This document shows, in pieces, positions 36,420 to 46,327 of a DNA stretch of 64,000 bases. Each line of letters begins with the position of its first letter. Position 1 is the first letter of the stretch. A program made the translations under genes and the position numbers. The stretch is from an uncultured Candidatus Binatia bacterium (GTDB lineage Bacteria; Desulfobacterota; Binatia; Bin18), in the NCBI GenBank assembly GCA_958296235.1, contig OY282457.1, positions 4,545,684-4,609,683 of the forward strand, read 5' to 3'. A model generated the notes under the pieces. That model saw only the letters and a program-made list of their open reading frames with translations, did not search any database and was not told the DNA's origin.

Positions 36420-37094
36420 TCAATTCAAATACACCAGCGGGAAAAGGACCACCCAGACCGCGCCAACGTAATACCAGTACATGCTACAGATTTCGACCCC
36501 GATAGCGCGCTGCTGAGAGAATTTCCCGCGTCTGGCTTGCAACAGCACGATGCCGAGCCACAGGACCGCGGCCAGGACATGCAGGCCGTGGCAGCCGATC
36601 AGGGTATAAAAGGTGGCGCCATACATGCCGGCTGAAATGGTGAGTCCGTCGTGGACCAGCTGCACCCACTCAAAGCCTTGCACCCCAAGAAAAATACTCC
36701 CCAGGAGAACCGTAATCGCGAGCCAGCGCACAAACGGCTGCTGTTGGTCGGCTTTTATGCAGCGCATTGCCTTCCACATGGTGTAACAGCTGAACAGCAG
36801 AAAACCGGTATTGACCCAGGTGATCCCTACGGGGAGGTATAAATGACCTGACGGCCAGACCGGACTCCCAAAACGAAAGACCACATAGGCGCCAATCAGT
36901 CCAGCAAAAAACATGGTCTCCGCCCCAATGAGCATCAGCATGCCCATACGGGCGTTGCTGACCGGCGGCTGGGGGATGCTGGGGGGCGGTGGGCCGCCGC
37001 CATAGCCGGGGACGGCCACCAGCGCTTCTGGGGTTTCGTGTGTCGATAATTGAGAAGCCGGCAGTCCGGCTGCGAGGGCTGATCCGCGTGGCAT
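36420..37094 (-). CDS. Second heme-copper oxidase subunit III-family protein
   Basis: CoxIII-like motifs (FYTLIGCHGLHV, MYWYYVGAVWVVLF). Start trimmed to MPRGSALAAG. Confidence 0.75.
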   Translation of the reverse strand: MPRGSALAAGLPASQLSTHETPEALVAVPGYGGGPPPPSIPQPPVSNARMGMLMLIGAETMFFAGLIGAYVVFRFGSPVWPSGHLYLPVGITWVNTGFLLFSCYTMWKAMRCIKADQQQPFVRWLAITVLLGSIFLGVQGFEWVQLVHDGLTISAGMYGATFYTLIGCHGLHVLAAVLWLGIVLLQARRGKFSQQRAIGVEICSMYWYYVGAVWVVLFPLVYLN

Positions 37095-37268
37095 AGACAC
37101 TGCCTCTCTCAGGCACAGGCTACGCAAAGATAATAAAACACGTCGTTGCCGCAATATACAGCACAATAAAAAACGCGAGCTTCTTGCCGAGTGAAGAATT
37201 CTCTTCCTGTCGCTCGGCGCGTGTCACTAATGGCATTGACGTATCCCGTTCTCAGATCCTGCCAGTGC

Positions 37269-38171
37269 TTACAGGGGCAGCTTATCGAGAGCCATAGCCG
37301 TCAGCAAGACCGGCAAATAGACGAGTGAGGCAAACATGAGCTGACGGGCCGAGGCGCGCGAGCGGGTGCGCGCCAGACGAATGCCATACCACAGAAACAG
37401 ACAGCCCAGCCCAAAGGCGATGATAAAATAGCGCGGGCCGGCCATACCGACCAAAGTCGGGAGGAGGCCCACGGCTAATAAGGCCAGGCAGTTGAGCACG
37501 ACCTGACGGCCGGTGCTTTTCCCATCCGGCTCAATCACAGGTAAAAGCTGGAAGCCGGCCCGGGTGTAATCCTCTCGATACAACCAGGCGATAGCGAGCG
37601 AATGGGGCATTTGCCACAAAAACATAATGGTGAATAAAATCCCGGCTTCGATCCCCAGCGTTTCATTGACTGCGGCCCAGCCAATGACCGGGGGAAGGGC
37701 GCCAGGGACGGCTCCCACAATACCGCACAAGGAGGTCTTCTTCTTTAGCGGGGTGTAGGCGAATAAATAGCTGATGGTAATAAAGGCAGTGACCAGGGCA
37801 CTCAACGGATTGACGCTCAGCATGAGGTAGAGGAGGCCGATCATCGTGAGCGCGGCGCCAAAAACCAGGGCCTCCAGAGGTTGCAGCCGGCCGTCAGGCA
37901 ACGGACGTGTCCTGGTCCGTTCCATCAGGGCGTCAGCTTCACATTCCATAAGCTGGTTGAGCGCCAGGGTGCCGCCGCCGGCCAGGGCCGTCCCAATCAG
38001 CGTATGCAAGAGCAGGGTGTAGTCGAGGACGAGCCAGGAGCCCAGATAAAAGCCCACAGTTGTGGTGACCAGGATCATGCTGACCAGGCGCGGCTTGGTC
38101 AGCTCGACAAAGGCGGCGAGCCGCCGCATGCGCGGCAGATCGAAGACGGCTGTCTGTGTTCGCTGTATCAT
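37269..38171 (-). CDS. ctaB: Protoheme IX farnesyltransferase (heme O synthase)
   Basis: UbiA-family prenyltransferase with CtaB/CyoE motifs. Overlaps ctaA by 4 nt. Confidence 0.9.
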   Translation of the reverse strand: MIQRTQTAVFDLPRMRRLAAFVELTKPRLVSMILVTTTVGFYLGSWLVLDYTLLLHTLIGTALAGGGTLALNQLMECEADALMERTRTRPLPDGRLQPLEALVFGAALTMIGLLYLMLSVNPLSALVTAFITISYLFAYTPLKKKTSLCGIVGAVPGALPPVIGWAAVNETLGIEAGILFTIMFLWQMPHSLAIAWLYREDYTRAGFQLLPVIEPDGKSTGRQVVLNCLALLAVGLLPTLVGMAGPRYFIIAFGLGCLFLWYGIRLARTRSRASARQLMFASLVYLPVLLTAMALDKLPL

Positions 38172-39124
38172 ACGGTGGCCTGCTCCGAAAAAATATGTGC
38201 TGCTGCCCCATGAGGGCCGCGCCCGATACGATAGGCCCAGAGGGTGAACCGGACACTGCTGACCAGCATGAATGCTCCGACGATGATGTGACTGGTTGCG
38301 AGGAGGACGGCCGGCGGTGTCAAGGGGCCACCCGGGGCCAAATATTTCACGACATAGGTAAAGAGGCCCAGCCCGACCTGGAGGAGGAGAAGCCGACGCA
38401 GTAGGATTCCTGAGCGCAGCAAAGGACGCTGGGTGGCGTGATAGTGCTGGACATGGTCAACCAGGAGAAAGGTCACGATAAAGACCGCAACAGCCCCCAG
38501 GATATGAAGGCTCAGGCCAGTCCCGATATGGCGGAAGAGCGCGCCCAGGATCAACTGGGCGTAGATCAGGCCGACCGTGAGCAGGCCGAGTTGCTGCGCT
38601 TTTTTCGTGTCGCCGGCCGGCGGCCCCGATAGGCCCGACCGCCATTCCGCAGAAGTAAACAGGCTGATACTGGCAATGAGCGCAAAAAACGCCTGTGCCA
38701 GGCAGGCGTGAATAATAGCTATTTTTTGCTCAATCAACACCACCCGCATGCCCCCCAGGACACCTTGGAGCGTCACTGCGACCAAGGCAATAAGACCCAG
38801 CCGGCGGAGCCACTGCCGTTGCTCTGCGAACCACAGGACAATCGCCAGCACAATCGTAAGCAGGCCAACTGCCGCCCCCAACAGGCGATGACTATGTTCG
38901 TAGAAGATCCCGCCCACCATCTTTGACCACGGGTATAAGAACATATTATAGCCAAAGGTTGTCGGCCAATCGGGCACCACCATACCGACCCCGAGGCTGG
39001 TGACCAGACCACCCAGAAACAGCAGGGGGAGGGTCAGCGCTGCCGTCAGGACGGCAATCCGGTGAGGCCAAGCAGAATAGTGGTTGAGGGCAGCCAAGAC
39101 AGTCTCCTGTACGAAACCGGTCAA
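38168..39124 (-). CDS. ctaA: Heme A synthase (COX15/CtaA)
   Basis: 8-TM protein with the conserved His pairs (EHSHRLLG). Confidence 0.85.
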   Translation of the reverse strand: MTGFVQETVLAALNHYSAWPHRIAVLTAALTLPLLFLGGLVTSLGVGMVVPDWPTTFGYNMFLYPWSKMVGGIFYEHSHRLLGAAVGLLTIVLAIVLWFAEQRQWLRRLGLIALVAVTLQGVLGGMRVVLIEQKIAIIHACLAQAFFALIASISLFTSAEWRSGLSGPPAGDTKKAQQLGLLTVGLIYAQLILGALFRHIGTGLSLHILGAVAVFIVTFLLVDHVQHYHATQRPLLRSGILLRRLLLLQVGLGLFTYVVKYLAPGGPLTPPAVLLATSHIIVGAFMLVSSVRFTLWAYRIGRGPHGAAAHIFSEQATV

Positions 39125-39223
39125 GAGTGTGAGGCTAGTTGCTCAAACCCGGCTGCTCCTCCCGAGTACGGGAGAAACGGCCGGGCAGGTCGTATGGAGC
39201 CAGATGCATAGCCTCACATGGCG

Positions 39224-41077
39224 CTACTGCGAGGCCGTGACGACTTCGGGGCCGAGTTTCCGGTCCTGGGGCAACCAGTCTTCTTTAACCAGCGGCGAAC
39301 TATATTCATACGGACCGCGATAGACTGTGGGGGTTGTCTCGAAGTTGCCGTGGCCCGGGGGAGAGGGAGCGGTCCATTCGAGAGTGTTGGCTTCCCACGG
39401 ATTCTTGTCCGCTTTCTTCCCGGCAATCAGGCTCCAGATAAAGTTGACGAAAAAGATCAGCTGAGAAAGGCCCAGACAGAAGGCGCTCATGGTGATGAAC
39501 ACATTCCACCACTGTATGTCGTGCAGAAATTCATACTGCAGGGGGTTATAAATACGCCGCATATGGCCGGCCACACCCAGGAAATGCATGGGGAAAAAGG
39601 CACAGTTGAAGAAGATATAGGTCAGGGCAAAATGCACCTTGCCCAGGGTTTCGTTCATCATCCGACCAAATATCTTGGGGAACCAGTAGTACAGGGCGGC
39701 AAACATGCCAAAGATGATGCCGGCCACCACATAGTGGAAGTGAGCCACGATAAAATAGGTATCGTGGATAAAAATATCGACCGGCGTGGAGGCCATGTAA
39801 ATGCCGCTTAAGCCGCCAATCACAAAGTTGGAAACAAAGCCCAGGGCGAAGAGCATCGGACTGGTGAAACGGATATTGCCGCCCCAGAGGGTCCCCAGCC
39901 AGTTGAAGGTCTTAATAGCGGAGGGCACGGCAATGACCATCGTGGTCAGCATAAAGGCGGTCCCCAGAACGGGGTTCATGCCACTGACAAACATATGGTG
40001 GCCCCAGACGATCCAGGACAGGAAGGCCAGGGCAATCATGGAAAAGGCCATGGCTTTATAGCCGAAGATCGGTTTGCGGGAAAAGGTGGACAGGATATCG
40101 GATGTGACGCCCATGGCCGGCAGCACGAGAATATACACCTCGGGATGACCGAAGAACCAGAACAAATGCTGCCAGAGAATCGGCTCGCCTCCACCGCCCG
40201 GCATAAAAAAGCTCGTTCCCATAGTCCGGTCAAAGAGTAACATGCCCAGGGCGGCCGTCAGGACCGGCAGAGCCAGCAGCAGCAGAATGGCGGTGACGAA
40301 CAACGACCAGATCACCAGCGGCATGCGGAACCAGGTCATGCCCGGCGCGCGCATATTCACAACGGTGGTGATGTAGTTGATCGCCCCCATGAGAGAGGAA
40401 ACACCCAAGATCAGCAGGCTGATGACCCACAGATCGGCGCCTGTATCGACCCCGCTCAGAGTGGGGTCTGCCGAGAGGGTGGCATACATGGTCCAGCCGC
40501 CGGCCGCGGCGCCACCTTCTACAAAGAAGCTGTACACGATCATGATCGTGGCCGGGACCGCTGTCCAGAAAGACAGCATATTCAGTATGGGGAAAGCCAT
40601 GTCGCCGGCGCCGATCATCAGCGGAATGAGGAAATTCCCAAACCCGCCGACCATAAACGGCATCACGACAAAAAAGATCATAATCGTCGCGTGCATGGTA
40701 AAAACGGAGTTGTAAAAGGCGGGGTCCATATGCGCCCCGCCCACAGAGCCCAGGGATTTGGCAAAGTTTGCGCCCGGAAAGGGGTCAACGAATTCGCTCA
40801 GGCCCTCGACTGCGCCAACCGTGCTGTCTTCGTCCGCAGGATACATAAAGGGCTCGGATATCCAACTGGTAAAAGGCACCGCCGTCTCCGGCCAGGCAAG
40901 TTCCCAGCGCATCATCATGGCTAAGAGACCACCGACGATGAGCATGAGGATGCTGGCGAACATAAACTGGCGGCCGATCATCTTATGGTCGGTTGAAAAA
41001 ATATAGGTGCGGATAAACCCGAGCTCGTGATGCTCTGCGTGGGCGTCGTGGGCGGCAGCGGCTCCTGCTTCACTCAT
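39224..41077 (-). CDS. ctaD: Cytochrome c oxidase subunit I
   Basis: Heme-copper oxidase signature (WFFGHPEVYILVLPAMG), HH pair for CuB/heme a3. AGGAGAG upstream of the trimmed ATG. Confidence 0.95.
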   Translation of the reverse strand: MSEAGAAAAHDAHAEHHELGFIRTYIFSTDHKMIGRQFMFASILMLIVGGLLAMMMRWELAWPETAVPFTSWISEPFMYPADEDSTVGAVEGLSEFVDPFPGANFAKSLGSVGGAHMDPAFYNSVFTMHATIMIFFVVMPFMVGGFGNFLIPLMIGAGDMAFPILNMLSFWTAVPATIMIVYSFFVEGGAAAGGWTMYATLSADPTLSGVDTGADLWVISLLILGVSSLMGAINYITTVVNMRAPGMTWFRMPLVIWSLFVTAILLLLALPVLTAALGMLLFDRTMGTSFFMPGGGGEPILWQHLFWFFGHPEVYILVLPAMGVTSDILSTFSRKPIFGYKAMAFSMIALAFLSWIVWGHHMFVSGMNPVLGTAFMLTTMVIAVPSAIKTFNWLGTLWGGNIRFTSPMLFALGFVSNFVIGGLSGIYMASTPVDIFIHDTYFIVAHFHYVVAGIIFGMFAALYYWFPKIFGRMMNETLGKVHFALTYIFFNCAFFPMHFLGVAGHMRRIYNPLQYEFLHDIQWWNVFITMSAFCLGLSQLIFFVNFIWSLIAGKKADKNPWEANTLEWTAPSPPGHGNFETTPTVYRGPYEYSSPLVKEDWLPQDRKLGPEVVTASQ

Positions 41078-41140
41078 TGACTCTCTCCTGTGTTGATCCT
41101 GGCCGGATAGTGTGTCTGGGGTTCTACCATTCAGGGTCAA

Positions 41141-41977
41141 TTACTCAGTTGCTTCTTGAGCGGCGCTGTCAGCCGCCCCTTCCATAGCGCTCTCGGCTTC
41201 TTCCTCTGTTGCCGCCGGTTCAGCCTCTGGCTCGGGCATAGTCTCGGCATCCATGACTGCACCGCCAGCCAGGACTTCCTCGGTTGTTTCTGCCGCGCTG
41301 GCGTCGCCGCCGTTTGTTTCGGCAGGCGGCCAGCGCTTATCATACCAGGCGGCGTAGTCTTCTGGCGTGTCGACGTAGAGCGTCCCTTTCATCCCCGAAT
41401 GACCGAAGCCGCACAGTTCCGCGCAGGGCACTTCATACGTGCCAGCCTTATTCGCCTGGAACCAGGCTTCGATCTGTCGGCCGGGCAGCATATCCTGTTT
41501 GAAGCGCAGGTTGGGCATAAAGAGGCTGTGGATGACATCTTTGGAGCCCAAAAAGACGCGCACCGGCTTGCCGACCGGGACATGGATGTCATTGTCAACC
41601 TGATAGTCGTCGTCGGTTTCAAATTCTTTGTCAGGCCCCGGATAGAGCACCTCCCAGTTGAACTGTTTTCCGGTGACGCGGATTTCGACGTCCGTTTCCG
41701 GCACGTTGAGCTTGACCTCTTCCCAGATGCTCTTGCTGGCAAGTCCGAGACCAATAAAGACCAGGGCGGGAATAATAGTCCAGACGAGTTCCAGGCCGGT
41801 GTGGCCATGCGTGTAGACGGCGCGCCGGCTGTCGTCCCGTCGATACTGGTAGAGGAAGATAATCATCAACGCCGTGACCAGGATAAAGGCGGCCGCGGTA
41901 ATGTAATAGATAAAGTAGAAGAGCGCATCAATGCTTCCCCCGTATGGGGATACATCCTCCGGAAGCCATTGCATCAT
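41141..41977 (-). CDS. ctaC: Cytochrome c oxidase subunit II with CuA site and acidic C-terminal tail (no fused cytochrome c)
   Basis: Two N-terminal TM helices, CuA motif H...CAELCGFGHSGM, C-terminal Glu/Ala-rich tail. Confidence 0.9.
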   Translation of the reverse strand: MMQWLPEDVSPYGGSIDALFYFIYYITAAAFILVTALMIIFLYQYRRDDSRRAVYTHGHTGLELVWTIIPALVFIGLGLASKSIWEEVKLNVPETDVEIRVTGKQFNWEVLYPGPDKEFETDDDYQVDNDIHVPVGKPVRVFLGSKDVIHSLFMPNLRFKQDMLPGRQIEAWFQANKAGTYEVPCAELCGFGHSGMKGTLYVDTPEDYAAWYDKRWPPAETNGGDASAAETTEEVLAGGAVMDAETMPEPEAEPAATEEEAESAMEGAADSAAQEATE

Positions 41978-42190
41978 AAGATTTCTTAGCCCCTTGTGTT
42001 GTGAAGAATCGTCCCTCTTTATACCGGAAAGGAGGGCGACCGCAAGGGGAGGGCGGCTACGCTGAAGGCTTGGAATTGCAGGCGGAACAGCACGCCCGGC
42101 GGCCCGGGTCGTCGGCTGTGAAGAGCCGGATCACAGCCGACTCGCTTCGATATTGACAACGCCCCGCGGACTCGATATTTCTCTTACCTC

Positions 42191-42376
42191 ATGATACACA
42201 AGACCGGCTGGGATCAGTTTTTAGAAATCATTCTGAAGCCCGATAACATCCCCATCGTGGGCTTGATGTTTCTCATCTTCTACTTTACTTGGCTGGCGTT
42301 CCGCGAAGCGCGTAAAAATGACCAGCTGATCGAAGAAGGCCGCGCCGACGAGATCCTGCGGGAGATGCAGAAATAG
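42191..42376 (+). CDS. Small single-TM membrane protein
   Basis: 61 aa with a central hydrophobic helix and a charged C-terminus. Divergent from the oxidase operon. Confidence 0.4.
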   Translation: MIHKTGWDQFLEIILKPDNIPIVGLMFLIFYFTWLAFREARKNDQLIEEGRADEILREMQK

Positions 42377-42389
42377 GGAGGCGGACTGC

Positions 42390-42860
42390 ATGCCGTTTAC
42401 TATCATCGCCGAGAACTGCACCGGGTGCAGCGCGTGTGAACAACGCTGTCCAACCAAAGCCATCAGTGGCGATCCCAAAAAAGCCTATCTGATTGAACCG
42501 ACAATGTGCATCGACTGCGGCGCGTGTGGGGTCATCTGTCCCGATGACGCCATCCTCGACACGTATGGCAATCTGACGCAGGTGCTGAAGCGGGTTGACC
42601 GCCCGATAGCCGTTGTCCACCAGGATAACTGCAACGGCTGCGGGGTGTGTATTGACGTCTGTCCTTTTGACTGTATCTCGCCCGCGGCCGACAACGGCCC
42701 GCAATACCTCGGTCGGGTGCAGGTCGAAGAGAAAACCTGTGTGGGCTGTAAACTGTGCGAGGAAGTATGTGGCTGGGAAGGCATCTATATTATGCCGACC
42801 AGGGAGAAAGAGCCTTTCCTGACCTCAATCGGCGTCGAACTCGAAGAGTCGGCGGCATAG
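42390..42860 (+). CDS. 4Fe-4S polyferredoxin (four CxxCxxCxxxCP motifs)
   Basis: CTGCSACEQRCP, CIDCGACGVICP, CNGCGVCIDVCP, CVGCKLCEEVCG. Confidence 0.85.
   Translation: MPFTIIAENCTGCSACEQRCPTKAISGDPKKAYLIEPTMCIDCGACGVICPDDAILDTYGNLTQVLKRVDRPIAVVHQDNCNGCGVCIDVCPFDCISPAADNGPQYLGRVQVEEKTCVGCKLCEEVCGWEGIYIMPTREKEPFLTSIGVELEESAA
42786..42841 (+). repeat. Direct repeat copy 1 (3' end of the ferredoxin gene); partner at 43157-43212
   Basis: ATATTATGCCGACCAGGGAGAAAGAGCCTTTCCTGACCTCAATCGGCGTCGAA is about 90% identical to copy 2. Confidence 0.75.
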
Positions 42861-42906
42861 GACGCAGCCAATGTTGAGATCGAGGCTCTGAAAAGGTAGG
42901 GCGACT

Positions 42907-43143
42907 ATGGACATAGCGTGGGCGACCGCGGCACCGCTTATCATCAACCTTGGCGCTCTGGCGACTGTGTGGTGGCAACTGGACTCCAAAATGGAGAAAA
43001 AGCTCGGGGATATGGACCGCAAATTTGAAGCGATAGACCGTAAATTCGACACCATCAATGCCACATTGCTGACGCTGACCCATGACGTTGGAGAACTGAA
43101 AGGCCAAGCGAGTACCCTGTTCAACAGGGAGAGTCAGGCGTGA
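42907..43143 (+). CDS. Small membrane-anchored coiled-coil protein lying between the direct repeats
   Basis: 78 aa with an N-terminal TM segment, then a heptad-like region. Confidence 0.4.
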   Translation: MDIAWATAAPLIINLGALATVWWQLDSKMEKKLGDMDRKFEAIDRKFDTINATLLTLTHDVGELKGQASTLFNRESQA

Positions 43144-43156
43144 CGAAAAGGTTGGC

Positions 43157-43212
43157 CGATATTATGCCGACCAGGGAAAAAGAGCCCTTCCTGACCTCAA
43201 TCGGGGTCGAAG
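43157..43212 (+). repeat. Direct repeat copy 2 (duplicated ferredoxin 3' end fragment)
   Basis: GATATTATGCCGACCAGGGAAAAAGAGCCCTTCCTGACCTCAATCGGGGTCGAAG. Confidence 0.75.
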
Positions 43213-43328
43213 TTGATCTATCCGCGACCTGATCCACGCACTGGAGTTCCCCCTCACAAAAAGACAAGGATAAAAATAGGGGCGGAGCAGTCTATCTGCC
43301 CTATTTTTGTCGTGACGCTTCGGGAGAT

Positions 43329-44054
43329 TTGGAAATGCTATGGTTGCCAGCGATATTGGTCGCTATATGGGTGCTCGAAAGAATCTCTGCTGAAAACGCT
43401 ACGAAGCCTGAGGGACACATCAAAGCAGTGTTTCGTCATGCCCTGTTTGCAACGATGGGATACGTGGCAAAGGCGGATGGACGTGTCTCTGTCGGAGAGG
43501 TCCGTTTTGTCACGCAACTGATGGACGAGATGGAACTCAATTCGGAGCAACGTAAGCTTGCGCAAAATCTCTTCAGAGAAGGGAAGACTCCAGACTTCCG
43601 GCTTGACGATGCCCTGCAGCGGCTTTCCCTCACATGCCCCCCAGAAATGCTCCAGGTCTTCGTCTTGTTTCTCATGTGGTTGGTGTATGCCGATGGCCTA
43701 GGAAGTAACATAAAACGGAGAGTCGTGTGGGACATTGCCTCAGAAGTCGGAGTCTCCCGTGAACAACTCGATGAAATTGAAGCAGTGATTCGTTCTAAGA
43801 CTGAGGGAGCCTCAAGCTCGTCGAGCGAGGGAGCCTCAAGCTCGTCGAGTCTTGAAGACGCCTATAAAGTGCTTAAAGTCAGTCCCGGTGCCTCTGACGC
43901 CGAAATAAAGCGGGCCTACCGAAACCGAGTGAAGGACTTCCACCCGGATGGCCTACCACCAGAACTGTCCGAGGAGATTCTGCGTTTCGCCGAAGAGCGC
44001 ATGAAAGAGATCACGCTCGCCTACGAACGTATCAGACAGGCGCGAAACCTCTGA
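43329..44054 (+). CDS. djlA: DjlA-like co-chaperone: N-terminal TM, TerB-like domain, C-terminal J domain
   Basis: C-terminal J domain (DAYKVLKVSPGASDAEIKRAYRNRVKDFHPD). TerB-like region. 24-bp tandem duplication encoding EGASSSSS x2. Confidence 0.65.
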   Translation: MEMLWLPAILVAIWVLERISAENATKPEGHIKAVFRHALFATMGYVAKADGRVSVGEVRFVTQLMDEMELNSEQRKLAQNLFREGKTPDFRLDDALQRLSLTCPPEMLQVFVLFLMWLVYADGLGSNIKRRVVWDIASEVGVSREQLDEIEAVIRSKTEGASSSSSEGASSSSSLEDAYKVLKVSPGASDAEIKRAYRNRVKDFHPDGLPPELSEEILRFAEERMKEITLAYERIRQARNL

Positions 44055-44063
44055 CGGGAGCCG

Positions 44064-44936
44064 CTAAATAATTTTGTTGAGCGGATACTCGATAATGCCG
44101 ACCGCTCCATTCTGAATGAGCTGGGGAATCAGCTCACGCACAATCCCTTCGTCAATCACGCTTTCCACGGCGAACCACTCAGACTCATACAGGGGCGAGA
44201 CGGTCGGGGCGGTCAGGCTCGGCAGCATTTTGACAATGCGGTCAAGATGCTCCTTGGGCACGTTCATCTTGAGGCCGACTTTTGCTTCTGCGCTCAGCGC
44301 GCCTTTCAGCAACAGGGCAATCTGATTGATTTTCTCTCGCTTTTTCGCATCCTGCATGGCCCGTTTATTGGCAATGAGCTGCGGGTTGGAGCGAAACAGC
44401 TCATGAATGATCTTGAGCCCGTGGGCCCGAATGGTTGAGCCCGATTCCGTTACTTCGACAATGGCGTCAACCAGACCATCGGCGGCCTTGGCCTCGGTTG
44501 CTCCCCAGGAAAATTCGACATCGACCCGGATGCCCTGTTCGTCAAAATAGCGCTGGGTATAACGCACCAGTTCGGTTGCAATTCTTTTCCCGTTCAGATC
44601 GTTGAGGTCCCGGATGGGCGAATCCTGCGGAATGGCGAGCACCCAACGTGTCGGCTGAAAGCTGGCTTTGGAATACACCAGGTCGATAATGGGTTCGACG
44701 TCCGCGTTGTTTTCCATGATCCAGTCTTTACCGGTGATGCCGGCATCCAGGGTGCCGGACTCGACATAGCGCGCCATTTCCTGGGCCCGGACCAGCGCGC
44801 AGCGCAAGCTTGGGTCGTCAATACTGGGGAAATAGCTACGCGAGCTGGTCGATACTTTCCAACCGGACTTTTTGAAGAGTTCAATCGTTGTTGCCTCCAG
44901 ACTTCCTTTGGGAAGTCCAAGCCTCAAAATTTCCAT
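44064..44936 (-). CDS. hisG: ATP phosphoribosyltransferase, long form
   Basis: HisG catalytic and C-terminal regulatory domains ([21 protein letters not shown]...). The about 220 residues upstream in the long ORF are spurious. Confidence 0.9.
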   Translation of the reverse strand: MEILRLGLPKGSLEATTIELFKKSGWKVSTSSRSYFPSIDDPSLRCALVRAQEMARYVESGTLDAGITGKDWIMENNADVEPIIDLVYSKASFQPTRWVLAIPQDSPIRDLNDLNGKRIATELVRYTQRYFDEQGIRVDVEFSWGATEAKAADGLVDAIVEVTESGSTIRAHGLKIIHELFRSNPQLIANKRAMQDAKKREKINQIALLLKGALSAEAKVGLKMNVPKEHLDRIVKMLPSLTAPTVSPLYESEWFAVESVIDEGIVRELIPQLIQNGAVGIIEYPLNKII

Positions 44937-45243
44937 ATCGTCTCTTTTACTAACCCTGTGGTGTTTGGATTTTCGTGCGGCGTGTGACGGCCCGACACGT
45001 CCGCTCCGACGGATGGGGCCTGTCCTGACCTGACGCAGGTCTGTTGATTTCTTGCCCGCCTCTCCTACCACAACGGACCGTCTGCCGCAAGTAAAGCGCG
45101 CCGCCGGAGTCGTCCAAAAGGCGGGTCGGTATATGAGAGCGCCCGGGGGCGGAGCGAGCAGCGCCGCATAGGCGTTTTCCCGCGTCTTTGCTACATATGG
45201 CACGGCGACGAATGGAAGAGTCTGATCCGCGCAAAAACGGGAG

Positions 45244-46278
45244 ATGATGCCTATGAAGCTGTCCGAGATTGCCGAACGCCTCCAGTGTGAGCTGCGAGGG
45301 AATGCCAACCCGGTGATTACCGACCTCAAGCCGATAGACGAGGCCGGCCCCCACGACCTCACCTTTGTCAGCAATAAAAAATATTTTGCGCAATTACCGA
45401 CGACCCGGGCCGCGGCCGTTATTTTGCCAGCCGACGCTCCAGCCGTCTCACTGCCCTCGCTGCGCACCGACAATCCCGACTTTGCTGTCGCCCAGGTGCT
45501 GGGCTGGCTGTATCCGCGGTATGAGCCGCCTGAGGGGGTCCATCCCACGGCTGTTGTCTCTTCCTCTGCCCGCATTGGCGCGCATGCCTTCATTGGCCCC
45601 TACGCGGTGATTGGCGATGACGCCGTGATCGGTGAGTATGCGCGTATCTTCGCCCATGTGGTGATTTATCCCGAGGCGCGCATTGGCCATCACTTTACGG
45701 CCCATGCCGGGGCGATTGTGCGTGAGCGCGTTATGATCGGCAATCGTGTGGTCTTGCAGAGCGGGGTTGTCGTTGGTGGAGACGGATTTGGCTACGTCCC
45801 ACTGCCTGACGGGTCGATTATGCCCAAGCCGCAGGCCGGTAGCGTCGAGTTGCAGGACGAAGTCGAGCTGGGCGCAAACACGACTGTTGATCGGGCCACC
45901 GTGGGAACAACGCGAGTGCGGAAAGGAACCAAGATCGACAATCTGGTGCAAATCGGTCACGGCTCGGATGTTGGCGAGTACGCGTTTATCTGTGCTCAGG
46001 CTGGCCTGGCCGGCAGTACGACGCTGGAGGAGCGGGTCCAACTCGGCGGCCAGGTTGGTGTGGCCGGTCATCTGACAGTCGGCAAGAACAGCATGGTCGT
46101 GGCCCAGAGCGGCATTCCCAACGACGTCCCGGCCAATAGCGTTATCGGTGGCTACCCCGCGGTGAACGTCCTTTCCTGGCGACGAACCTCCGCGGCCCTG
46201 CCCAAGCTGCCGGAGTTGCTGCGCAGGGTACGGAAACTGGAACAGGAGTTGGAAGCGTTAAAGAAAGAAGCGGAGTAG
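45244..46278 (+). CDS. lpxD: UDP-3-O-acylglucosamine N-acyltransferase
   Basis: LpxD N-terminal domain, left-handed beta-helix hexapeptide repeats and C-terminal coiled coil. Confidence 0.85.
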   Translation: MMPMKLSEIAERLQCELRGNANPVITDLKPIDEAGPHDLTFVSNKKYFAQLPTTRAAAVILPADAPAVSLPSLRTDNPDFAVAQVLGWLYPRYEPPEGVHPTAVVSSSARIGAHAFIGPYAVIGDDAVIGEYARIFAHVVIYPEARIGHHFTAHAGAIVRERVMIGNRVVLQSGVVVGGDGFGYVPLPDGSIMPKPQAGSVELQDEVELGANTTVDRATVGTTRVRKGTKIDNLVQIGHGSDVGEYAFICAQAGLAGSTTLEERVQLGGQVGVAGHLTVGKNSMVVAQSGIPNDVPANSVIGGYPAVNVLSWRRTSAALPKLPELLRRVRKLEQELEALKKEAE

Positions 46279-46327
46279 AGACAGGGGCTTGTCCTCACGT
46301 TCTGGGTCATACTCTCATATGAACAGA

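Noticed and set aside
44937-45243. 300-bp hisG/lpxD divergent intergenic region considered as a possible his leader or riboswitch
   Set aside because: No run of His codons, no convincing terminator/antiterminator pair and no recognisable T-box specifier structure by eye. Most likely just a divergent promoter region.
44937-45593. N-terminal 220 codons of the 509-aa ORF 44064..45593 (minus)
   Set aside because: HisG homology begins at [12 protein letters not shown] (start 44936). The upstream extension is low-complexity, overlaps the divergent lpxD start region and has no family signal.
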